Origin: Thermoplasmata archaeon
Lineage (GTDB): Archaea; Thermoplasmatota; Thermoplasmata; Lutacidiplasmatales; UBA184
Direction of reading: 5' to 3'
DNA length: 64,000 nucleotides
Assembly (NCBI GenBank): GCA_035933635.1
Contig: DASYYY010000022.1
Coordinates: 130,417-194,416, forward strand
The notes below the pieces were generated by a model. It was not told the origin of the DNA and did not search any database. It saw nothing but the letters and a program-made list of their open reading frames with translations. This document shows positions 19,026-28,416 of the stretch, one piece after another (the first letter of the stretch is position 1; the number at the start of each line of letters is the position of its first letter). The translations under genes were made by a program, and so were the position numbers.

Positions 19026-19898
19026 GTGCCCCGAGCTCCGCCACCTCGCCCGTCGGCCGGGTTGCCCGAGCTCCGCCGCTCGGGGACGGTCACCGAGCTG
19101 CTGTTCCTCTACGAGTGTGTGACCGACCCGCCGGCCCGACTCCAGCCCATCGGGGAGCGGCTGGGCGTCACGGTCCAGGCCGCCAGCCAGGCGTACCGCC
19201 GGCTCCGAGCGAGCGGGCTGGTCGAGTTCCGCGACGGCCGCTACCGTGCGACGGTGACCGGGATCGACTGGCTCCACCGAGCGCTGGGAGGCTTCCGCGA
19301 CGACATCGAGGCGAGGCTCCGGCGGCTGCACGTGATCCGGAGCTCCCGGGCGGTCGCGCTCGGACCCCTCCGCAAGGGGGATCGGGTGGCGCTGGAGATG
19401 CAGGACGGCGTGCTCTCCGCCCGGCCCGGCCTTCGCGGGCGCTCGCTGGGTCGCGCCGCCGAGGACGCCGCGACCGGCGCACTGGTCGCGGTCGACCAGC
19501 TCGAGGGGATCGTTCCGATCCAGCGCGGTCGCATCCGCGTGCTCACGGTCGACCCGGGCCGGGTCGAGGAGGGCCCGCTCACCGCCGCGCTTCGGCGACA
19601 GCTCGACCACTCCGAACCCGGATTGCTCGCCGCGCAGGGGCTCGAGCCGTACCACCTCCTCCGTCGCGCCACCGACCGTCCCATCGCCCGCTTCGCGGTC
19701 GGCGCGACCGCCGCCGAGGCCGCCGAGCTCGGGGTCAGCTCGACGGTCGTGGTGCTGGCCGACGATCTGCCCCGGTTCCTCGAACAGTTCAGCGAACCGA
19801 ACCCCCCCGCGATCGACGTCCGTCCCCTCGGCGCCGGGCCGATGGCCCGTCGCTCAGGGGGTCGGAGCGGGTCGAGCGGCCGCGAGCGCGACCGTTAG
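19026..19898 (+). CDS. Archaeal winged-helix transcriptional regulator (COG1497-like)
   Basis: IGERLGVTVQAASQAYRRL HTH, GRYRATVTG, GDRVALEMQDGVL. Confidence 0.8.
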   Translation: MPRAPPPRPSAGLPELRRSGTVTELLFLYECVTDPPARLQPIGERLGVTVQAASQAYRRLRASGLVEFRDGRYRATVTGIDWLHRALGGFRDDIEARLRRLHVIRSSRAVALGPLRKGDRVALEMQDGVLSARPGLRGRSLGRAAEDAATGALVAVDQLEGIVPIQRGRIRVLTVDPGRVEEGPLTAALRRQLDHSEPGLLAAQGLEPYHLLRRATDRPIARFAVGATAAEAAELGVSSTVVVLADDLPRFLEQFSEPNPPAIDVRPLGAGPMARRSGGRSGSSGRERDR

Positions 19899-21152
19899 AT
19901 CGTCCAAGGATACGATCCGCGCCCCCGCCCGGACGAGCGCCGCCCACTCCGAGCGCGCCGCACCGCCGGTGTAGTCACGGTCCGGTCCCGGAGGACCTCC
20001 GAGAAGGAACATCGGTGTGCGCCCGGCGAAGGGCCGCAAGTCCTCGAGGTTGACGAGGTTCGAGGGACCGACGGCGAACGGCGCCACGACGATGGCCTCG
20101 GCGAGGGTGAGAAGCCGGCGGTGCTCGGCGCGCGCGGCTTCGCCGACCGGCGCGAACGGAACTTCGGCCGCGAAGACGACCTCGAGCTCCTCGGCGACCT
20201 GCGCGTCGGAGTCCAACAGGTTCAGCGCACCCGCCGTCAGCCGGAAGCCGGACTCGGCGAGGCGGCGCAGGACCGGACCGGCCGCGCCACCCCCGCCGAC
20301 CACATGGACGGTCCCGGCGCGTTGCGAACCGGCGCTCCGTCGCCGGCTCGGCTCGGTGAGCATCGGAAGCAGGTAGGGCTGGCCGGTGGCGGGGTCCCGG
20401 CGGAGCTCGGCGGTGACGCCCCAGACCTCGCGCAGCAGCGATTCCGAGAGCACTTCGCGCGGCGGGCCATCATCGACGACCCGGCCCCGCGAAAGCACGG
20501 TCATCCGGTCCGCGAAACGGGCCGCGAGGTTCAGGTCGTGCATCGCCGCGATCACGGTCCCTCCCCGGTCCGCGACCAGCCGGCGGACCCGTGCCAACAG
20601 GTCGAGCTCGTGCCCAATGTCCAGGTAGGCCGTGGGCTCGTCGAGCAGGAGGACGGGCGCCTCCTGGACGAGCGCTCGAGCGAGTAGCGCCCGTTGCCGT
20701 TCGCCGCCGGAGAGCTCCAAGATCCCGGAGTCGGCCCGGTCGAGCAACCCGGCGTCGTCCAGGGCGGCCCGGGCCCGGCGCAGGTCCTGGGGACCCTCTA
20801 CCTCGAAGGGCTCCCAGTGGGCGTACCGCCCGAACAACACGTAATCGACGACGCGGAGATTGTCCCGGGGGAACTCCTCCTGCGGAACCCATGCGACACG
20901 CCGCGCGCGTTCGCGGGCGCCCATCTCCAGGCTCGGCCGGCCGAGCAGGCGGACCTGGCCCTCCGAGGGCCGCAAGAGTCCGAGCCCGGCCCGAAGCAGG
21001 GTGGTCTTGCCCGAACCGTTCGGTCCGGTGAGTGCGATGAACTCGCCGGATCGGGCCTCAAGGGAGACGTCGTGCAGCGCGACACGATCGCGGTAGCGCA
21101 CCGTCACGTGGTCGGCGTGGAACGTCGGTGCCGAGGGGATCGAGGCGCTCAT
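19854..21152 (-). CDS. ABC importer ATPase (BtuD/FepC-like) with archaeal C-terminal extension
   Basis: GPNGSGKT, LSGGERQR, LLDEPT, HDLNLA; extra VHVVGGGG domain. Confidence 0.92.
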   Translation of the reverse strand: MSASIPSAPTFHADHVTVRYRDRVALHDVSLEARSGEFIALTGPNGSGKTTLLRAGLGLLRPSEGQVRLLGRPSLEMGARERARRVAWVPQEEFPRDNLRVVDYVLFGRYAHWEPFEVEGPQDLRRARAALDDAGLLDRADSGILELSGGERQRALLARALVQEAPVLLLDEPTAYLDIGHELDLLARVRRLVADRGGTVIAAMHDLNLAARFADRMTVLSRGRVVDDGPPREVLSESLLREVWGVTAELRRDPATGQPYLLPMLTEPSRRRSAGSQRAGTVHVVGGGGAAGPVLRRLAESGFRLTAGALNLLDSDAQVAEELEVVFAAEVPFAPVGEAARAEHRRLLTLAEAIVVAPFAVGPSNLVNLEDLRPFAGRTPMFLLGGPPGPDRDYTGGAARSEWAALVRAGARIVSLDDLTVALAAARPAPTP

Positions 21153-22210
21153 ACGGCATCCCCCGCGCGTTGGAACCGGCGACGGTACAGCAGGTAGAGG
21201 AAGAACGGCGCGCCGGCGAACGACGTGAAGATCCCCACCGGCAGCACGCTCGCCGGGAACGCACCGACCGCGAGGTCGTTGGCGGCCAGGAGGAAGAAAC
21301 CTCCCACCAGCGCCGAGCCCGGCAGGACATACCGGTAGTCCGGCCCGATGAGCCGTCGGACGATGTGGGGGGAGACCAGTCCGACGAATCCGATGATCCC
21401 GGTGAAGGCGACGGCGGTGCCGGTGCCGAGGGAGGAGTACAGCAGGAGCCGGCGGCGCACCTTCTCGGACTCGACCCCCAGGCTGTGGGCTACGTCGGAA
21501 CCGAGCTGGAGGAGGTTGAGCTCGCGGGCGTAGAGTGAGAGCCCGACCCCGGCGATTAGCGCTCCGCCGAAGGCGATACCATCGCGGTTCCAGGTTGCCC
21601 CGCCGAGACCCCCGAGAAGCCAGAACGATACCTGGAGGCTACCCGTCGGGTTGTACAGGAGGAGGATCGAGAGGACCGCCGAAAGCATGCTCGCCAACGC
21701 CACGCCCGTCAAGAGCAGGGTCTCGACCGAGCTGCCGAGGACGCGGGCGGCGACCAGGATGGCTCCCCCGGTGAGCACCGCGCCGACGAACGCGAACAGC
21801 GGCAGGAACAAGTTGGCGTCGGCCAGCCCGACCTGGAAGACGAACAGTACCGCTGCGCCGAGAGTACCCCCGGCCGAAAGTCCGAGGAGGTACGGGTCGG
21901 CGAGTGGGTTGCGGAAGGTCCCTTGCAGGGTTCCCCCGGAGATCCCGAGGGCCGCACCGGCGATCAGTGCGAGGAGGATTGCCGGAAGCCGGCTGTCCCA
22001 GATGATCTCCACCCATGCGTTGCACAGGCGTGGCGAGGCGCTCGTTCCGGAACAGGGGTCCGGATACAGTACTCCACCCGTGAGCTGGTGCAGCAGGATC
22101 TGGAAGACCGCGTCCGCCGGGATCGGGACATTGCCGACCAGCGGGGACGTCACAAGGAGCCCGAGGGCCGCGCCCCCGAGCGCCAAGGCGCCGACCCGAC
22201 GCTGATTCAC
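21149..22210 (-). CDS. FecCD/BtuC family ABC permease
   Basis: RLP, FRNPLADPYLLG, GIIGFVGLVSPH, LPVG..T..GAPFF. Confidence 0.93.
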   Translation of the reverse strand: MNQRRVGALALGGAALGLLVTSPLVGNVPIPADAVFQILLHQLTGGVLYPDPCSGTSASPRLCNAWVEIIWDSRLPAILLALIAGAALGISGGTLQGTFRNPLADPYLLGLSAGGTLGAAVLFVFQVGLADANLFLPLFAFVGAVLTGGAILVAARVLGSSVETLLLTGVALASMLSAVLSILLLYNPTGSLQVSFWLLGGLGGATWNRDGIAFGGALIAGVGLSLYARELNLLQLGSDVAHSLGVESEKVRRRLLLYSSLGTGTAVAFTGIIGFVGLVSPHIVRRLIGPDYRYVLPGSALVGGFFLLAANDLAVGAFPASVLPVGIFTSFAGAPFFLYLLYRRRFQRAGDAV

Positions 22211-22270
22211 GGGCGCTGCCCGAGGGTTGGGTCCTCCACGGGTCCCTCGAGCACGGCGCGCTGCCGAGTC

Positions 22271-23296
22271 CTACTTCGGACCCGGGTGCAGAATGGCGAG
22301 CAGGGTCGGAACGGTCACCAGGATCATGGTCGGACCCGGCTCGGTCAGGAGTTCGGATGCGATCGGGTAGAGGTGACCGGAGGAGACCGCACCGAACTGC
22401 GCCCAGTTCGGGCCCTGAGAGTACACCGTCAGATTCACCCCGAAGCCTGTGGCGTAGACGATCGCAGAGGGATCGGCCACGAGCACCTGCGAGCCGCTGA
22501 CCTCCGGATAGGCAAGGGTGGCGTTCGCCGCGACGCTCACCGCCGAGACCAGCTCGACGAGGGATTGGCCGAAGGTGCCCGGACCGTAGGTCCAGAAACC
22601 GAGGTTGTCCGCGTAGTAGGTGAGGAGCACAGAGGGGAAGGGGGTGCCGTTCGCCGAAAGGTTCGCCTGCAGCGCGGCCGCCCGACCGAGGACGGACTGA
22701 AGCTGGCCGACGAGCGTCGACGCCGCCGTCGCGACATGGAAGATCTGGGCGAGGAGCTGGATGTCGACGACGATCCCGCCGAGGGTGGACGGTTGGAGGA
22801 TCAGCACGGGGATGTGGTAGGTCGTGCTGATCTCCTCAACGGTGCTCGCGCTGACGATCGTTGAGGTCAGCACCAGGTCGGGGCTCGCGTTGAGCAACTG
22901 TTCGACGCTGAAACTCGGACCGGTCTGAACGCAGAGGTTGGACGAGAGGCTCCAGTTATGGATCTGGGCGGGGCTGTAGTCGGCCGAGAGCCCGCCCAGC
23001 GCCTGGGCGTAACAGTCCACTCCGACGATTCGCTCGCGGAGCCCCAAGCGGACCATCGAGTCGGTGATGCTGGGCGAAAGTACGACGACCCGAGAGGGAT
23101 CCGCCGGGACATTGACCGTGCGACCGGTGTCGTCGGTGACGGCGACCGTCCCGGGCGGAGCCGGGGTTGGACGGAGCTCGAAGTAGGCGGCGGTCGCGGC
23201 GACGGAGATCCCGGCGGCCACGAGGAGGGAGACGACCAGGACCGTGCGGGTCACTCCGGCGGGTCGGCGATCCGCGGATTCCGGATTCAAGCTCAT
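22271..23296 (-). CDS. Cobalamin/iron-siderophore ABC substrate-binding protein (BtuF-like)
   Basis: N-terminal TM anchor, VTDDTGRTV, RVVVLSPSIT, PDLV, EPGP. Confidence 0.88.
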   Translation of the reverse strand: MSLNPESADRRPAGVTRTVLVVSLLVAAGISVAATAAYFELRPTPAPPGTVAVTDDTGRTVNVPADPSRVVVLSPSITDSMVRLGLRERIVGVDCYAQALGGLSADYSPAQIHNWSLSSNLCVQTGPSFSVEQLLNASPDLVLTSTIVSASTVEEISTTYHIPVLILQPSTLGGIVVDIQLLAQIFHVATAASTLVGQLQSVLGRAAALQANLSANGTPFPSVLLTYYADNLGFWTYGPGTFGQSLVELVSAVSVAANATLAYPEVSGSQVLVADPSAIVYATGFGVNLTVYSQGPNWAQFGAVSSGHLYPIASELLTEPGPTMILVTVPTLLAILHPGPK

Positions 23297-23410
23297 TGGA
23301 TTTTCTTCAATCCACCTTTAATTTAAGGGTTCCTGCGTAGGCGCCTCCCGCGGGCCGCCGGTCCCGCCCGCAACAAAGGATATCTCTCCGGGCCCCTCGG
23401 CCGCGAGGGA

Positions 23411-23570
23411 GGGAGCATAGGCTAACTTGGCAGACCAGCGGGCTCCAGTCAGTGTCCCGGGTCGGGCCACTGTGGATTGGGTCTGCGGAGAGGCGCACGC
23501 CGCCTCGATGACGAGTGACTGGAGCGCGCGGAGAGACCCGCATATGGGGGTTCAAATCCCCCTGCTCCCA
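23411..23570 (+). tRNA. tRNA-Trp(CCA) with an 87-nt intron at 37/38 (23449-23535)
   Basis: Acceptor GGGAGCA/TGCTCCC, anticodon stem GCGGG/CCCGC, CCA at 23445-47, T arm GGGGG-TTCAAAT-CCCCC; bulge-helix-bulge with CTCC/GGAG helix. Confidence 0.95.
23449..23535 (+). ncRNA. Box C/D guide RNA encoded in the tRNA-Trp intron
   Basis: C' ATGACGA 23508-14; D'/D-like CGGA 23486-89 and 23529-32; guides TGGGTCT and TGACTGGAGC complementary to the two exon-intron junctions. Confidence 0.8.
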
Positions 23571-23734
23571 TTTTCCTCTCCGCCAACCCGCTTGCCAGAG
23601 ATCGAGGATCCGAGAGGCCGCGATAATCGAGTCTGGTTTGGCCCGATGTAATCGGGCCAGAGTCGGGTCCGACTTGGGCTCGAGTAGACCGTTCCGCGTT
23701 CCTCTTGAGCCGTGGTCAACTGGCGGGGGCCACG

Positions 23735-23986
23735 ATGGGTCCGGAGTTCGTCATCCCGCCGGAAAGGCTTCGTAGGGTCCGCCTCGTGATGGTCGCCGCT
23801 GCCGCCGTGCTTTTCGGCCTTGGTGGTTATGTCGTCGTAACCACCGCGTTCTGGTACCCCAACCGCTGGGCGACGAACGCGGTGCTGGCGGGGGTGACGG
23901 TGGCTTTGGGTGTCTGGGCGTTGGTCTCGCCAGCCGTCTGGCCTCGTCTGATACGGGCTGGTCGACCGCCTCAACGGCGCCAGTAG
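23735..23986 (+). CDS. Small two-TM membrane protein
   Basis: Two hydrophobic helices; GGGGG RBS-like element before ATG. Confidence 0.6.
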   Translation: MGPEFVIPPERLRRVRLVMVAAAAVLFGLGGYVVVTTAFWYPNRWATNAVLAGVTVALGVWALVSPAVWPRLIRAGRPPQRRQ

Positions 23987-24121
23987 AAACTCGCGCGTGC
24001 GTGGTTGGCTCCCCTTGCTCCCACCTGCCTCTCCACGAGATTTGCCGGATTCGATCGTCGACGTTAGGATCTCTGCAGTGCGGGGGAAAGGGTTCGCGCG
24101 CCGAACCGGGCCGACCCCGGC

Positions 24122-24862
24122 CTACGACTTGCACTCGTTTTCGCCTTGGGTGCCGCTGTACGACCCCGTGTAGTTCGACCCGCCGCCGCCCGTCGCTCCG
24201 GACGTCAGATACGCCTTGAAGTTCTCGGGAGTGCCGGCGTGGTCGCTGTTTTGGTAGCTGCTCAGCTTGTTGTCGTCTACGGGCTTGACACCGATCGCGG
24301 CGTTCGAGTGCGTGAACTTCGTATACACGGCCGCCGCCCACTTCCAATTGAACGTGAGGCACTTGGAGGGCAGGAGGTGGACATCGCCGGATAGGTCTCC
24401 CGACCAGGTCACCTTCGAGCTGCCCGGAAGCCCCCCGGTCGGCACGTAGAAGGCGAACCCTGAGACGAAGACATCCCCCTTGTAACTCGCGGGCACGGTC
24501 GTCTTCCAGGTGAACGTCGTGGAGTCCCAGACGGTCGCGGCCGACGTAGCGGTCGTACTGAAATTGACCATCCCGCGCGGCACGTTCTTCGTGAACGTCG
24601 TACCGTTCGGCTCGGCAAAGGTCAGGGTCTGATTGGAGAACCAGACATGGGTCGTCGCGGTGGGCGAGGTGCCGACCCACTGGAGCACGCTCGCGAACCA
24701 GATCACGTCGCCGGCTGGGATGGTGGATGCGTTGAAGTTGGCCGTGATCGTTGTTTGGGCGGTCACTTCAGCACCGGCGAGGGGCACCAACAGGGCGCTC
24801 GCCAAGAGCAACGTGATCGCCGCAATCGCACCCGCAACCAGAGGGACTCTTTTCGCGTTCAT
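24122..24862 (-). CDS. Secreted hypothetical beta-rich protein
   Basis: Signal peptide MNAKRVPLVAG...PLAGA, T/S-rich; upstream TATTAAG box. Confidence 0.8.
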   Translation of the reverse strand: MNAKRVPLVAGAIAAITLLLASALLVPLAGAEVTAQTTITANFNASTIPAGDVIWFASVLQWVGTSPTATTHVWFSNQTLTFAEPNGTTFTKNVPRGMVNFSTTATSAATVWDSTTFTWKTTVPASYKGDVFVSGFAFYVPTGGLPGSSKVTWSGDLSGDVHLLPSKCLTFNWKWAAAVYTKFTHSNAAIGVKPVDDNKLSSYQNSDHAGTPENFKAYLTSGATGGGGSNYTGSYSGTQGENECKS

Positions 24863-25083
24863 GGGACCCGGCAGTCGTTGCACCGGCTGGAGTTACTTAA
24901 TACGCACTCATGCAGGGGTCACCGGCTGGAAAGTTCGGGGCGGATTCTCGGGCTCGCGTCACCAGGTCGGTGGGACCTCGGGATGTCGGGCCATCCGCCC
25001 CTGGCCCAACGGAACATTTCCCGACACGACTCGAAGACCGTGAGTCGAGTCCCCGAGGGTCGCACGTAGTCGAATCGGAGCAA

Positions 25084-25569
25084 CTAGGTGACCCAGATCC
25101 CGCCCGTGAATTCGTAGTCGCCTCCGATCGTGGGGACCTGAAGGAGCATCGAGACATTGACGACGCCTCCCCCGGGCAGGAGGTATGGCGGAGCCGGGAG
25201 GGCCCCTACCAGCCTCAGGGGGGGATCGACCGTCAGCCGAAGGAGAGTGTGGTTGACCGTGTCGGTGTTGGCAAACCGGACCCACCAGCTGAACGATCCC
25301 CCGGGGGGGAGGTTGATCGGCTCACAGGTGCAGTCGGCCTGGCTGAGGTAGTTGGTGTCGTTCCGGGCGTCGCCGATGTAGGTTGGGGTCAACTCGAAAT
25401 CGACCACCGAAACCGTCGAACCCGACGCCCAACCGGTCGATGGCGGGGGAACCGGGTTCGCGACATAGCTCGCGAGCACGGCCACGATAACGAGCGCCGC
25501 GCCGCAAGCACCTCCGACGGCGAGCAAGAGCCGCTTCCCACCGAGTCCTCGGCCCGGATGGAATCGCAT
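25084..25569 (-). CDS. Membrane-anchored hypothetical protein (Ig-like beta sandwich)
   Basis: N-terminal TM helix, CxC, 3 nt downstream of the pilin gene. Confidence 0.7.
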   Translation of the reverse strand: MRFHPGRGLGGKRLLLAVGGACGAALVIVAVLASYVANPVPPPSTGWASGSTVSVVDFELTPTYIGDARNDTNYLSQADCTCEPINLPPGGSFSWWVRFANTDTVNHTLLRLTVDPPLRLVGALPAPPYLLPGGGVVNVSMLLQVPTIGGDYEFTGGIWVT

Positions 25570-25572
25570 CGG

Positions 25573-26451
25573 CTACGTGGCCCCGGGGGAGAGCAGACCC
25601 ACCATCGACACTCGAAGGGCGAGCGCATCGGGCGGACCCAGGTACGCGACGGTTACCCCGCAGGCGCCGGCGACCAAGTAACAAGCGGGGTCCGGCACCC
25701 CGTGGTAATCATCGTCACATCCATTCAGGCCGTAAGAGCCGTTCGTGGCCGGGTTCGCGTTCGCGGCGTAGGAGGGTACCGGACAGGTTGATGGGAAAAG
25801 CTTCGAGTTGGATTGCACCGCGGAGTTCTGCCCGGCGTCGATCCAACACACGTCCAGCGTGGACGGAGCGAACCGGCAGGAAGGCGGTGTGAATCCTTCC
25901 GCGAAGATGACGAACCGATCCCCGGCTTGTAGACCGGTGGCACCCGGATCGATCGCTTGGAAGAACATGAATCGATTGAATGCGGCCCTCGGGGGCACAT
26001 AGCTCCCGCACGTACCGAGGGAGGGCACACCGCTCCCCGGCCCACCCCCGATCGTGCCGGTGCTGCCGGGGTTCCACTCCATCGCCGCCAGGGTCCCGGA
26101 AAGGTAGGTCGACCCGTCGCACGAGAAGTAGAGCTGTAACGACGACAGAGCGAGGTACGACGGCTGGAAGCTGGTCACGACGATCTCGATCGCCGTCAGC
26201 CCGTCACAGACCTGGGTGGCGTTGGCTCCCGAGCCCACGTTATGGCAGTCGGAGCCGTCGGCGTATGCCTCCGAAGGGACGGGGCTCTCCGTCTCGTACC
26301 ATATCTGAACCGGGGTCGACGGGAACTGGACGCGAAAGCCCCACAGGACCGTCCCCGCGACGATCGTCAACCCGACGAGGAGGATCCCCCCGATGATGGG
26401 GGACACCCCGCGCGTGGCGGGGCGGCGGAGACGTCGCACGCGCGCGACCAT
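25573..26451 (-). CDS. Type IV pilin/archaellin N-terminal domain protein, Cys-rich
   Basis: Class III signal RRLRRPATRG|VSPIIGGILLVGLTIVAG; TATAAA about 27 nt upstream of ATG 26451. Confidence 0.85.
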   Translation of the reverse strand: MVARVRRLRRPATRGVSPIIGGILLVGLTIVAGTVLWGFRVQFPSTPVQIWYETESPVPSEAYADGSDCHNVGSGANATQVCDGLTAIEIVVTSFQPSYLALSSLQLYFSCDGSTYLSGTLAAMEWNPGSTGTIGGGPGSGVPSLGTCGSYVPPRAAFNRFMFFQAIDPGATGLQAGDRFVIFAEGFTPPSCRFAPSTLDVCWIDAGQNSAVQSNSKLFPSTCPVPSYAANANPATNGSYGLNGCDDDYHGVPDPACYLVAGACGVTVAYLGPPDALALRVSMVGLLSPGAT

Positions 26452-26656
26452 CGGCGATAAATGGGGGCTGATGCGCATTTATACTTACTCCACGACCGTC
26501 CGGCGAAAAGGGTCGGAACGGGGCACCTCCGCCCGGCGGTGGCGCACCGGCCACGGCCGCCGCCCGTTCGGCCGCCCGTGGACCCTTCTATGCAGCCAGT
26601 AACGGGCAACTTCTTGCGGGGGGGTTGTTGGGGGCTCCCCAACAGGGGGAACGAAT

Positions 26657-26857
26657 CTGCCCGAGTGCGTAGAAGCGCATCGATTTGCCACCGGAGCGGA
26701 CCCGCCCGAAAGGCTCCACGCCATGCCCTGTGAGGGTGCGGTCGCTCGCCGAGGGGTGCGATCCGATACCGGAGAGGTTCGATTCTTCAATCTGTGCCGG
26801 CGTCACGCCGATATCTTCTGGGTGATGGGGTACATACCTGCGCCCGCCGCCCCCTAG
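26657..26857 (+). CDS. Candidate small Cys/His protein (66 aa from CTG, or 44 aa from ATG 26723)
   Basis: Open frame PECVEAH...MPCEG...NLCRRH; AGGGGGA 6 nt before CTG; not in the ORF track. Confidence 0.4.
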   Translation: MPECVEAHRFATGADPPERLHAMPCEGAVARRGVRSDTGEVRFFNLCRRHADIFWVMGYIPAPAAP

Positions 26858-26875
26858 GGCGTCGCGCGACGCCCT
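26856..26875. repeat. Perfect 20-bp palindrome (possible terminator or binding site)
   Basis: AGGGCGTCGCGCGACGCCCT is its own reverse complement. Confidence 0.6.
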
Positions 26876-27078
26876 CGGAGTGGGGGGTCGCACGAGATTC
26901 CCACCGCGTCGCCCCGACAAGCGCCAACGAGGACGCCAACCCCTTCCCCGGTCCGGATTGCGCAGGGGGCCGTCGGCGCACCCCATATGGCGGGGCCCGC
27001 CGAGACAGGGGGGTGCTCAAGCCCGCGCGCCGACGGATGAACGTCCGCTACGACCCGCGTCCTCCGGCCCGTCGAGAC

Positions 27079-28329
27079 CTACGTGCGAACACCAAGAACG
27101 TGGTCGACCAGGGCCTGCGGGTCCGCCATCGGGTTGGCGACTACGCATCGGAGCCAGTGGAGCCCGCCGATCGGAACGGTCGAGAGGTAGGAACCTCGGA
27201 CCGCTGCGGCGACCCTGCGCGAGCCCATGTCCCGCCGTCGCCACAGGACGATACCCGCTGTCGGGGACCGCCAGAGCTCCAACTTCGGCGACGCACCGAC
27301 GAGGATTCCGAGTCGCTCCGAGATCGCCATGCAACGCTCAACGCGGGCGGCCAGACCGGATCGGCCCCAGGCCAGCAGCGTGGCGAGCAACGGACCGGCG
27401 GAACCGCCGTGTGAACCCAGCACGCCGACGTGGGGGGCGGAGAGGTAGGGGGCCTCGAACGAGAGCGCCCGATGCGCGGTGCGGGCGTCGCGGAACAGGA
27501 CCACGGCCGAGTCCTTGGGTTGGAACAACCACTTGTGACCGGAGAATCCGACCGAGTCGGCCCCCTCGATGCCCGTCAGTCGCGCTCGATACTGTTGCCC
27601 GAATCTCAACGGCCCCGCCCACGCCGCGTCCACATGGACCCACGCCGCCCGGGTCTCGAGTCGGAGGGGATCGATCGCACCCACCGCCGTGGTGCCCGCG
27701 GTCAGGACGAGCGCCGCGGAACGTAGGTTCGGGAGGGCGGCAGGATCGAGGCGTTGATCCGGCCCGACAGGGACCGCACGGAACTCCAAGCCCAAGATCC
27801 GGGCCGCCTTGCGCACGCTGAAATGTGCCGCCTCGGAGGCGACCACCCTGCGAATCCCCCGCAGCTCCCGCGCGGCCCAGAGGGCGGTCAGGTTCGCGAC
27901 GCTCGATCCCGGGACCATGTGCCCGCCGTCCATCCGGAAATAGGGAGCGAGCCATTCGACGACCCGGCGTTCGACCGGTCCGGCCGCGGGGGAGAGCTCC
28001 GGATGGAGCAAGTTCTGATTGAGCGCCGCCGTCCAGGCCTGGACGGCCCAGGTGATCCAGGGTGTGGGCGGGTCCATGTGGGCCAGCATGCCAGGATCAT
28101 CGAGCGGCAGGGCACCGCCGACCACGAGCGGCGCGAGCCTCTCGAGCGTCCTCTCCGGACCGAGCCCGCGTTCCGGGAGCTCGGAGGGGATCCACGCGGG
28201 GAGGCGCGGCGTCGCAGAGCGGGTTCGCAGCCGACGTCGCGGCAGCTGCTCGCCGAGGAGCTCGATGGCCCGGACGAGTCCGCGTTTGTCGAAGACGAAG
28301 TCGGGGTCCTGCACGGCGCGGCCGAGCAA
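27079..28329 (-). CDS. Group II PLP-dependent amino-acid decarboxylase
   Basis: LAHMDPP, LNQN, GSSVAN, AHFS, TAGTT..GAIDP, HVDAAW, SGHKWLFQP. Confidence 0.92.
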   Translation of the reverse strand: MLGRAVQDPDFVFDKRGLVRAIELLGEQLPRRRLRTRSATPRLPAWIPSELPERGLGPERTLERLAPLVVGGALPLDDPGMLAHMDPPTPWITWAVQAWTAALNQNLLHPELSPAAGPVERRVVEWLAPYFRMDGGHMVPGSSVANLTALWAARELRGIRRVVASEAAHFSVRKAARILGLEFRAVPVGPDQRLDPAALPNLRSAALVLTAGTTAVGAIDPLRLETRAAWVHVDAAWAGPLRFGQQYRARLTGIEGADSVGFSGHKWLFQPKDSAVVLFRDARTAHRALSFEAPYLSAPHVGVLGSHGGSAGPLLATLLAWGRSGLAARVERCMAISERLGILVGASPKLELWRSPTAGIVLWRRRDMGSRRVAAAVRGSYLSTVPIGGLHWLRCVVANPMADPQALVDHVLGVRT

Positions 28330-28416
28330 CCCCCCCTCAAAACGGGACGCCGCCCCGACCGGGAGTCGGCCCCGGCACCGAGCTCCTTCGGCCCCGCGGG
28401 GGAGACTGCGACGCCG

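Noticed and set aside
23297..23410. Cobalamin riboswitch upstream of the Btu-like operon
   Set aside because: The gap is only about 115 nt and holds divergent promoters; the nearby structure is explained by tRNA-Trp.
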